Source: a bacterium (GTDB lineage Bacteria; UBP14; UBA6098; B30-G16). From it: a stretch of 64,000 bases of DNA. The stretch spans positions 283-64,282 of the forward strand of contig JAGGZE010000148.1 of NCBI GenBank assembly GCA_021162205.1, written 5' to 3'. Each line of letters opens with the position of its first letter. Positions within the stretch are counted from its first letter, which is position 1. Both the position numbers and the translations under genes were made by a program. Below, in pieces: positions 39,052 to 47,023 of the stretch. Below the pieces are notes generated by a model. That model was not told the DNA's origin. It made no database searches and saw only the letters and a program-made list of their open reading frames with translations.

Positions 39052-39283
39052 AATAAAAATAAAAACTATTCTGTCAAGAGTATATTAAAATTATTTTGTC
39101 GGTTCATCGGTATCATTGGTTCTGACCGCCAATGAAGAATGAATAAATAATGACGAACCGAACTGGTATTTGAAATAGTAATTTGGATTTTGAACTTTGA
39201 CATTTCGATTATTGTAATATAATGTTTTTTATGATTTCAAATTCAAAATTACCGATTGAAACGGCAAGGACAATCGTTATAAA

Positions 39284-40357
39284 ATGATTTCGGCTATATT
39301 AAATTCGAGAATGGGTAAAATTCCTTATGGACAATGGCTGCAAAAGACATTCGAGGCAGTTAAAAATGCCTCCCAAAATAATTATATTATATGTGCATCG
39401 GTCGGATTGCATCAATGGGAATTTTTGCTATACTGTGCAAGTGAATTCGGGATAAATATAAGAATATATGTGCCCAAAGATTATTCCGAGGATAGAAAAA
39501 TCGAGCTTTTGCACCAATTTAAATTAGATATAGATAAATGTCGATTCATCGAAGTCGCTGGAAAATTCAATGGCAAATCCTGGTGGCTCGTTCGCGATAG
39601 AAAAATTTTCGAGGATGCCGATATATATTATCCAATTGCAATATGTCCCGATGGTAATTTTGAAAAATCGCTACGGGAGAATTCATTCGATAAAAAAATT
39701 ATAGACAAATTTCGCGTGGATTATAATGTCCCAAGCTGGCATTCGCTAAAAACTCCCGATTCCGATAATATAAATCCGCAATTGACAAAATTCCCGTGGA
39801 TATATCTTACTCACTGGACACATACATCTTATAGTCCATGGTGCGATGAGACAAAATTTGAATTTTATCGAAGTGCGCTTGCATCGAAAAATGATTATTC
39901 ACACAGTGCTTTTCAGGGATTGAAAAGGATACTTACAGATGGGAAAATATGCGCTACTCAACGAAACATACGCGGACAAATCGATGTCGTTTCATTTACC
40001 GAGATTCCACCGCGACAGGCGATATTTTTTATGAAATGGCGCAGCGGACTTATTCGTCATTACTGGGAACCTTATGGAATCGCAATAGAACGGAAAATAT
40101 TAAATTCTATCGGCGTGAAACCTGTTATCTATGGCAATGAGTATATTTACAATTCGCTCGATGAGGGAAATTGGTATCTTTTCCAGCCGATTAAAGGAAA
40201 TAAATATTTCTGGACAGAGGAAAGAGAATGGCGTTCCCGTGATGATTTCAAAATTTCCGAAATTCCAGTCGAAAAGATTTTGATAATCACACGAACAAAC
40301 GATGAAGCTCACGAAATAAATTCTCGATTTGGATTAAAATCTATCGGAATTATTTAG
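39284..40357 (+). CDS. Hypothetical cytoplasmic protein of 357 aa, Trp/His-rich, function unknown
   Basis: No signal, TM or Shine-Dalgarno site. No Walker or other known motif. 'IYLTHWTHTSYSPW' and a C-terminal 'GQIDVVSFTEIPP' segment are conserved-looking but unassignable. Confidence 0.45.
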   Translation: MISAILNSRMGKIPYGQWLQKTFEAVKNASQNNYIICASVGLHQWEFLLYCASEFGINIRIYVPKDYSEDRKIELLHQFKLDIDKCRFIEVAGKFNGKSWWLVRDRKIFEDADIYYPIAICPDGNFEKSLRENSFDKKIIDKFRVDYNVPSWHSLKTPDSDNINPQLTKFPWIYLTHWTHTSYSPWCDETKFEFYRSALASKNDYSHSAFQGLKRILTDGKICATQRNIRGQIDVVSFTEIPPRQAIFFMKWRSGLIRHYWEPYGIAIERKILNSIGVKPVIYGNEYIYNSLDEGNWYLFQPIKGNKYFWTEEREWRSRDDFKISEIPVEKILIITRTNDEAHEINSRFGLKSIGII

Positions 40358-40419
40358 ATAATAGATAAAATTTCTTGCAAATTTTAATTTTCATATTTTA
40401 TTATATAGAAAATTGGGAA

Positions 40420-40540
40420 AAACCTCTTTTAGAAAATTTTGAATATTTTCTAACGAACTTCGTTCGTTAGAAATGATAAAGTTATTAGGAAAGGAGTTTG
40501 AGGGAAAGCCCTTCTTTTAAGAAGGGTGTTCCTTAAAAAT
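40420..40540. repeat. Intergenic element C: 'AAACCTCTTTTAGAAA', a 12-bp perfect palindrome hairpin, and the 'GGAAAGGAGT…GGAAAGCCCTTCTTTTAAGAA' motif
   Basis: Shares about 38 of 42 bp, plus a 16-bp leader motif, with 60745-60804. The palindrome is tttctaacgaac-ttc-gttcgttagaaa (40447-40473). A second hairpin is cccttc-ttttaa-gaaggg (40509-40526). Confidence 0.7.
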
Positions 40541-40568
40541 CTTTATAAACTTTATAAATTGGAGTGAA

Positions 40569-41624
40569 ATGAAAGGAATAGCACATTTTTCGATAGGAGT
40601 CGCTGCTGCGACATTCATTCCGGGGGTTATGCAAAATGCTCTCACTGGACACTCTTTCGACCTTTTGGTAGCGGGTGCATTTGGATTGCTGCCCGACACG
40701 CTCGATTTTAAGGTCGCTCGTTTTTTCGACCGCGAAGATTATGTTATCGACCCGAATCCCGACGACCCAAACCCGCAAAAAATGGCGGAAACAGTTGCTC
40801 GCGCTATAAACGATGCTTACGAATCCAATAAAGAAATACGGGTTAGATTTCACACGATGCAACTTGCCCCAGACCGATGGCGCAAATATGAAATCAGTTT
40901 CGACACGAAAAATAGCGAAGTAATGATTAAAATCGGTCCTATTGTCTCGACAAGCCAGCAGCCGTTCGGTGGAACAGAAATACACGGGGAAAAAGCTATC
41001 GGTAGAGCTAAAGTCAAATGTGGAATCATCCATATGCACGATGCTCCCAGTCGAGTCGATATTTTATCGGGACCCACAATCGGGTTCAAACCGCGCAAGA
41101 ATGGCAAAGTCGAAGTTATTTTCATCCCTTGGCATCGTCAATGGTCGCACAGTTTTACATTGGGACTTTATATGGGACTCGCAGTATTTCTAATAATGGG
41201 TCTAATTAATGGATGGAGTTCGGGATTATACTGGGCATCGTTGGTGGCGATTCCTTTCTGGGCACATGTCGCAGCGGATTGTCTCGGATTTATGGGGGGG
41301 AATTTACTTTGGCCCTTCACAAAAGAACGAACTCCAGGTTTGAAATTTTTCCATGCAAGCGAGGCACTCGCCAATTTTTCAGGTGTCTGGATATCTGGAC
41401 TTGTAATCGTATATAATGCCAATAGAATCGCTCCTGAACCGCAATTCACTATGGGACCGATTAAATTTTTCGCTATCTGGCTTGGAATTCCTGCGCTTGT
41501 CGTTGCCCTGTATCTTTTAATCGATAAAAAGCGCAAAAATATCACAGCCGAACAGGAGCAGACTCGCGAACTTTTGGATGAAGTTGCCGATGGTGGAGCA
41601 CTCGGTGGCGGAAGAATCAAATAA
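40569..41624 (+). CDS. DUF457/YdjM-like membrane-bound metal-dependent hydrolase family protein with a large inserted soluble domain
   Basis: N-terminus 'MKGIAHFSIGVAAATF' and C-terminal TM helices match the YdjM-like family. An extra ~140-aa hydrophilic insertion spans residues ~55-195. Confidence 0.5.
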   Translation: MKGIAHFSIGVAAATFIPGVMQNALTGHSFDLLVAGAFGLLPDTLDFKVARFFDREDYVIDPNPDDPNPQKMAETVARAINDAYESNKEIRVRFHTMQLAPDRWRKYEISFDTKNSEVMIKIGPIVSTSQQPFGGTEIHGEKAIGRAKVKCGIIHMHDAPSRVDILSGPTIGFKPRKNGKVEVIFIPWHRQWSHSFTLGLYMGLAVFLIMGLINGWSSGLYWASLVAIPFWAHVAADCLGFMGGNLLWPFTKERTPGLKFFHASEALANFSGVWISGLVIVYNANRIAPEPQFTMGPIKFFAIWLGIPALVVALYLLIDKKRKNITAEQEQTRELLDEVADGGALGGGRIK

Positions 41625-41832
41625 AAATTTAAATTCCAAAACTAATCATCGATTTTATCGGTATTCAGAAATCCCCGATTGGTCGAGATGTCAAAGTTCG
41701 ATATAGCTTGTAGAAGACATTTCCCGATGTGGATTATTCGGTCGAATGTTGCCAGTTGTCAAGAATTGGTTGGTAATCGGAATATCGAAATCGAATTATA
41801 AAAAATAACAATAAAAAAAATCATAATTCGCT

Positions 41833-42966
41833 TTACCATAATAAATCTTTTTTCTCCGAATTTCTTATTCCAGCGGCATCGAGAAGCAATGCCTCGAATT
41901 TATCGGTTGCAATATCCCATGAATAATATTCTGTGGTAACCTTTTTAGCCCGCTGTGAAAGTTTTTCCCGCAATGATTTATCATTCACAATCGAATCGAA
42001 TTTTTCGACGAAATCATCGAAATCATCCACCTTAAATTCGAGTGCACAATCGTGAACAGCCGAATGATTTTCTGGAATATCGCTTACAAGAAGAGCATTT
42101 CCATTGCCCATCGCTTGAAGCAACGATAGCGATGTTCCCTCGATTTTCGATGCATTAACAAAAACAGCGGAATTAAAATACAATTCATCGGTTTCATTAC
42201 CATAAATCGAACCTGCCACGATAATTCTGTCATCACCCTTGGCGGATTCACTAATTTTATTCACATATTGTAGATTGTATGGATTTCCGCCGACTATCAC
42301 CAATTTCATATCGGTTTTCACTTTTTTGAACGCTTCGACGATAAGATGCTGCCGTTTTTCCTGTGTCAATCTTCCGATAGAAATCACATATTTTTTGGGT
42401 TCGAGACCGAATTTTTCGAGGATACCCGTTTTTTCAACATTTTCGACTATATCCGCTCCCGATGGAATGAAATGCACATTTTTACCATACTTATTAAGGT
42501 AATGTTTTTGCGCCGATAAGGCATCGACGACAATGTGTGATGAAACCTTTTCCGCCAATGCCTCGCTCTTTTTAAGAAACCATTTCCCAAAAGCGCCGTA
42601 TTTATCCCGTTTCCAGTCGAGACCATCGACAAAAAGCACCGATTTTTTCCCGAATATTCTCATAAATAAAACGGGAAGTGCATTGCCGACATTGAATGCA
42701 AAAATAGCATCGTAGGAATGGAAAATGGCATCGATTGCGGAAATTGTCGAGTGCGATGGTGTCGAAAGATGTGGCAATTCCAGTGATGGCAGATAAATCA
42801 GGCGCATATCGAGATATCGATGGAGTTTCGCTTTGCCCGAACCACGACAATATACTGTGACACGATGTCCTCTTCGAGCTAATCTTTTCGCTATATTTTC
42901 CGCGGTAACCTCGAAACCGCCGTAGTTCGCTGGAATTCCTCTTATACCGATAACCGCAATTTTCAT
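41833..42966 (-). CDS. Glycosyltransferase family 4 (GT-B, RfaG-like)
   Basis: 'MKIAVIGIRGIPANYGGFE' N-terminus and a C-terminal 'E…E' region typical of retaining GT4 enzymes. Confidence 0.75.
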   Translation of the reverse strand: MKIAVIGIRGIPANYGGFEVTAENIAKRLARRGHRVTVYCRGSGKAKLHRYLDMRLIYLPSLELPHLSTPSHSTISAIDAIFHSYDAIFAFNVGNALPVLFMRIFGKKSVLFVDGLDWKRDKYGAFGKWFLKKSEALAEKVSSHIVVDALSAQKHYLNKYGKNVHFIPSGADIVENVEKTGILEKFGLEPKKYVISIGRLTQEKRQHLIVEAFKKVKTDMKLVIVGGNPYNLQYVNKISESAKGDDRIIVAGSIYGNETDELYFNSAVFVNASKIEGTSLSLLQAMGNGNALLVSDIPENHSAVHDCALEFKVDDFDDFVEKFDSIVNDKSLREKLSQRAKKVTTEYYSWDIATDKFEALLLDAAGIRNSEKKDLLW

Positions 42967-42979
42967 TATAGACCTTTAA

Positions 42980-43843
42980 TTAAAATTCATTTTTCAATCT
43001 TTGCACATATTCGTCCAAAGCATCTTTCCAATGACGCAATTTATGTCCTATCGCATCGTTAATTTTAACAGATTCGATAGCTTCCATAGGTGGACGAAAA
43101 GCTTTTGTGGGAAATTTCTTCGAAGATACTGGAAGAACCTTTGTTTCGGCATTCATAAAATCCCGTATCGATTTAGCAATATCGTATCTACTTGCAGGAT
43201 TTCCAGAGTTTGCTACATGAAAAATCCCATATATATCCGAATCGATTAAATCGACCATAGTTTGTCCGATATCTATCGAATAGTTTGGCGAACCGAATAT
43301 ATCGTGAACTGCGAATACTTTTGGTTTTTCCTCGATTAAATGAAACATTTTGCCGACAAATTTTTTATCGTTTTTGCCGCCGCCGAATAACCAACCGACA
43401 CGAAGAATTAAAATATTTTGTTCTGGTAATATTTCCTGCACAAATTTTTCACCACGATATTTGCTTTTCCCATATACATTCACCGGTTCTGGGATATTAT
43501 TCTCTGTATATGGTTTCTCGTGTATCCCCGAAAACACTCCGCTGGTCGAGATATACATCATTTTTACATTATATTTTAAACAGGCATTTGCTATATTCTT
43601 TGTTCCATCAGCATTAACACGCATAGCTTCCACTGGATTATCCTCGCACCAGTCGAGGTCGGTCAGCGCGGCGAGATGAACCACCCAATCGAATTTTCCA
43701 GTAGAGATTATTTTATCCACAGATTTTTCATCGATAACATTCATTTCGGTTCTGGATGGTGTAAAAATATCGAAATATTTTCGAAAAATTGGAATAATAT
43801 CGGTTCCCAGCATTCCCGAACTGCCATCGATTAAAATTTTCAT
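42980..43843 (-). CDS. dTDP-4-dehydrorhamnose reductase-like (RmlD family) SDR
   Basis: 'MKILIDGSSGMLG', 'VVHLAALTDLDWCEDNP', 'YGKSKYRGE' YxxxK. The likely start is MKIL at 43843. Confidence 0.7.
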   Translation of the reverse strand: MKILIDGSSGMLGTDIIPIFRKYFDIFTPSRTEMNVIDEKSVDKIISTGKFDWVVHLAALTDLDWCEDNPVEAMRVNADGTKNIANACLKYNVKMMYISTSGVFSGIHEKPYTENNIPEPVNVYGKSKYRGEKFVQEILPEQNILILRVGWLFGGGKNDKKFVGKMFHLIEEKPKVFAVHDIFGSPNYSIDIGQTMVDLIDSDIYGIFHVANSGNPASRYDIAKSIRDFMNAETKVLPVSSKKFPTKAFRPPMEAIESVKINDAIGHKLRHWKDALDEYVQRLKNEF

Positions 43844-43984
43844 TTTTTTATATTTTGTTAATTCCACTTAAACAATATATGATAAAGAAATATTTTCGCA
43901 AGAGTCTTAGTTTCTTTTTAATTTAATACATCAAAATTAATTGCCGATTATACAGTGACAAATACAATTTTAATCTATCGCTAA

Positions 43985-44025
43985 TTTAAAATAAACCCGC
44001 CCCAAATAATCGGGACGGGTTCAAA
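43985..44025 (-). terminator. Rho-independent terminator of the 2-oxoacid oxidoreductase operon
   Basis: On the minus strand: aacccgtccc-gattatttg-gggcgggtt (9 bp including one G·U) followed by 'tattttaaatt'. Confidence 0.65.
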
Positions 44026-44076
44026 TAATATAGCATCCGGTTTCACCTCGAAGGATTTTCGAGATAATTTCAGTTA

Positions 44077-45525
44077 TTATCCTTTATAATTTTTCACATA
44101 CTCGATGCCCTTATTTATTGCATCGATATTCATCGGGATGAATTTTTTATGCGAGACGATATTGTTCAGCGTGTCGAAAACAACATCGAGGTCGAATAAT
44201 TTTGTTTTTTCAATAATCGCTCCGATAATAACCATATTTGCCACACGAAGTGAACCTAATTTGTCTGCCATTTCAGATGCCGGCATCGGCAAAATATCGA
44301 TGTCGGTTCGTGTGGGTTTTTTATGAATCATCGTAGTATTATAGATTAACAATCCACCGGGTTTTAAGTCCTTTTCAAATTTGTCGAGCGATGGCTGATT
44401 CAAAACAATTAGAACATCTGGATTATCCACTACGGGCGAACCGATTTTCTTATCCGATATTTTCACATGGCAGTTTGCTGTTCCACCACGCATTTCGGGA
44501 CCGTATGATGGTATCCATGTGGAGTTCCAATTATGTCTCATACCTGTTTCTGCAAGAGCTTTACCAAGTAAAAGAACACCTTGTCCACCGAATCCTGCGA
44601 TTAGAAATTCAGGATTGCGATATTTTTCTTCGACTTTCGACATATCTCCACCGATTTCTTTTGCCTTGCCTGTTAATCCGAGAAGTTCGTGGTATTTGTC
44701 GAGTGGAACTTCCTCAAATCTCCTATCCCATGAACCTTTTTCACGCTCGGCAGTAATATCTTTATATACACCGAGTGGGAATGTTTTTTCCATTTCTTCT
44801 TTGACCCATTTTTTGGCATCGACAGGAGTTTTTCTCCATCCGCTCGGGCACATAGACAATGCTTCGACCAGTGAGAAACCTTTTCCGTCGATTTGAGTCT
44901 GAATCGCCTTACGAACAGCTTTTCGAGCTTTCATTAGTTCTTTGCCATAAGTTAGTGCAACACGCTCGATATATACGGGTGCTTCGAGAGTCGAAAGTAG
45001 TTCCGACACTTTAAGCGGGTAGCCCTCCCATGTAGCTTTTCGACCATAAGGACTCGTCATAGTTTTTTGACCCAAAAGTGTGGTTGGCGCCATTTGACCG
45101 CCTGTCATCCCGTAAATCGCATTATTGACAAAAAATACTGTGATGCTCTCGCCACGGTTTGCTGCCTGAAGAATATTATTTCCACCGATTGCACCGAGGT
45201 CGCCATCACCCTGATATGAAATCACAATCGAATCGGGATGATTTCGTTTTATTCCGGTAGCGACCGCGGGTGCTCGCCCGTGTGCCACTTGAAAATTACC
45301 TGTATCAAAATAATAATAGACAAATACCGAGCATCCGACCGGGGAAATCATAATAGTTCGGTCGGCGATACCGAAATCATCGATAGCTTCGGCGATAAGT
45401 TTGTGTAGGATTCCGTGTCCACAACCGGGGCAATAATGTGTATCCTGCTGATATTTATCTGGCTTGCGAAGAAATACATCATAAAACGACGATGGTTTTT
45501 CGAGTACATTTTTTAATTGTGCCAT
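44077..45525 (-). CDS. 2-oxoacid:ferredoxin oxidoreductase beta subunit (TPP-binding) fused to the gamma subunit
   Basis: 'CPGCGHG', 'GDGDLGAIGGN' TPP motif, and a C-terminal 'GFGGQGVLLLGKALAE' gamma (POR_G) domain. Confidence 0.85.
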   Translation of the reverse strand: MAQLKNVLEKPSSFYDVFLRKPDKYQQDTHYCPGCGHGILHKLIAEAIDDFGIADRTIMISPVGCSVFVYYYFDTGNFQVAHGRAPAVATGIKRNHPDSIVISYQGDGDLGAIGGNNILQAANRGESITVFFVNNAIYGMTGGQMAPTTLLGQKTMTSPYGRKATWEGYPLKVSELLSTLEAPVYIERVALTYGKELMKARKAVRKAIQTQIDGKGFSLVEALSMCPSGWRKTPVDAKKWVKEEMEKTFPLGVYKDITAEREKGSWDRRFEEVPLDKYHELLGLTGKAKEIGGDMSKVEEKYRNPEFLIAGFGGQGVLLLGKALAETGMRHNWNSTWIPSYGPEMRGGTANCHVKISDKKIGSPVVDNPDVLIVLNQPSLDKFEKDLKPGGLLIYNTTMIHKKPTRTDIDILPMPASEMADKLGSLRVANMVIIGAIIEKTKLFDLDVVFDTLNNIVSHKKFIPMNIDAINKGIEYVKNYKG

Positions 45526-45545
45526 TTTAATCCTCCTCGATACAC

Positions 45546-46601
45546 TTATTTCAGTGCCTTTTCAAATTGTTCAACAATTTCGGAAACTTTGGGGACAACG
45601 CCACCCATTCTACCATAGAAATAGACCGGTTTCCTTCCCTCGACAACGAGCCGAACATCGTCGACCATTTGCCCATTGGACATTTCTATAACAGTAAAAG
45701 CTTTGACGGTGCTCGATTCTGCCAATTCGAGGAATTTTGGTTTAGGGAATGGGAACAGTGTTATCGGACGCAGCATACCGGCTTTTATTCCCTTTTTGCG
45801 AGCTTCATCGATAGCGGAACTCATAACTCTCGAAACCGTTCCATAAGCTACTCCGACCACTTCGGCATCATTCAGTTTGTATTCCTCGAAACGGATTTCG
45901 TTTTTTTCCATTTCCGCATATTTTTTCTGAAGTTTAATATTGTGTCTCTCCATTTCTTCAGGGTCGAGATAGATGGAATTTATCAGATTTTTTCTTGTTT
46001 TAGCATTTCCCATAACAGCCCAATCGGTTTTATCTGGTTTGGTTTTAACAGGTTCGGGAAAATCCACAGGTTCCATCATTTGACCATTGAATCCATCGGT
46101 AAGCACCACAACAGGATTGCGGTATTTATCTGCGAGTTCGAATGCGAGCATTGTAAAGTCGCACATTTCCTGAGCGGAATTCGGTGCAAGCACGAGAAGT
46201 TTATAATTCCCGTGTCCGCCGCCTTTGACCATTTGATTGTAATCTGATTGTTCTGGAGCGATATTTCCCAGTCCGGGACCGCCACGGACAATATCGACAA
46301 TGACGATAGGCAATTCAGAACCGGCAGAATATGAAATACCTTCTTGTTTAAGCGAAAGTCCAGGTCCAGATGATGCTGTCATAACACGAATTCCTGTTCC
46401 AGCAGCACCATAGCACATTTGAATCGATGCGACTTCAGATTCGCCCTGTAAAAAAACTTTCCCAGCGAGCGGAAAATATTTAGCAGCTGCGTGAGCAATT
46501 TCCGATGCCGGTGTTATCGGATAGCCAAAATAGGCATCGCAACCAGCGAGAAGAGCTCCTTTAATAACAGCTTCATTCCCCTTGATTAATTCTTTAGCCA
46601 T
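45546..46601 (-). CDS. 2-oxoacid:ferredoxin oxidoreductase alpha subunit
   Basis: '[32 protein letters not shown]' is a canonical PorA/KorA N-terminus. Confidence 0.85.
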   Translation of the reverse strand: MAKELIKGNEAVIKGALLAGCDAYFGYPITPASEIAHAAAKYFPLAGKVFLQGESEVASIQMCYGAAGTGIRVMTASSGPGLSLKQEGISYSAGSELPIVIVDIVRGGPGLGNIAPEQSDYNQMVKGGGHGNYKLLVLAPNSAQEMCDFTMLAFELADKYRNPVVVLTDGFNGQMMEPVDFPEPVKTKPDKTDWAVMGNAKTRKNLINSIYLDPEEMERHNIKLQKKYAEMEKNEIRFEEYKLNDAEVVGVAYGTVSRVMSSAIDEARKKGIKAGMLRPITLFPFPKPKFLELAESSTVKAFTVIEMSNGQMVDDVRLVVEGRKPVYFYGRMGGVVPKVSEIVEQFEKALK

Positions 46602-46629
46602 AATTCACCTCTCATTGTTAATTTTTAAA

Positions 46630-46845
46630 TTAGTCCTTGCGATGCACAACGATTGCATCTGGCTCGGGACAGGTATAGAAACAAAGTGTGCAGCCAGTGC
46701 ACCCTTCTCCTTTATATTGTGCAGGATGGTAGCCCAAATTATTGATTTCTTTCGAGAACTCAATAACATTTGCCGGGCAAATATCGACACACAGCCCGCA
46801 TCCCTTACAATGGTCAGTGTGGACTTCTATACTTGGCATAAACAC
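46630..46845 (-). CDS. 2-oxoacid:ferredoxin oxidoreductase delta subunit (2x[4Fe-4S] ferredoxin)
   Basis: Two CxxCxxCxxxCP motifs: 'CKGCGLCVDICP' and 'CTGCTLCFYTCP'. Confidence 0.85.
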   Translation of the reverse strand: MFMPSIEVHTDHCKGCGLCVDICPANVIEFSKEINNLGYHPAQYKGEGCTGCTLCFYTCPEPDAIVVHRKD

Positions 46846-46968
46846 CTCCTATAATTATTTTTAAGGATTGAATAAAAATAATTATAAATATAAATTATTT
46901 TTTTAAAAAAGCAAATAATTATTTAGTTATTTTAAACTATTTCTTTAAGCGGTTATTTCACACATAAC

Positions 46969-46997
46969 TTGACAATTCTATTTTATGAATATATTAT
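46969..46997 (+). promoter_or_regulatory. Sigma-70-like promoter of the giant adhesin gene: TTGACA, 17-bp spacer, TATTAT
   Basis: ttgaca at 46969-74 and tattat at 46992-97, with Shine-Dalgarno site GGGGGA and ATG at 47024. The AT-rich divergent region is shared with the oxidoreductase operon. Confidence 0.45.
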
Positions 46998-47023
46998 AAT
47001 ATAATATAATATTAGGGGGAAAA

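Noticed and set aside
39052-39283. Inverted repeat CATTGG-N9-CCAATG and a TTGACA…TATAAT-like site in the divergent intergenic region as a regulator-binding site or promoter.
   Set aside because: The arms are short and imperfect, and the spacing is non-canonical (15-bp spacer). This is too weak to call as a feature, and is mentioned only as context for the hypothetical gene pair.
41625-41832. Terminator or structured element between the convergent DUF457 and GT4 genes.
   Set aside because: No convincing GC-rich hairpin with a T-tract was found on either strand, only AT-rich sequence.
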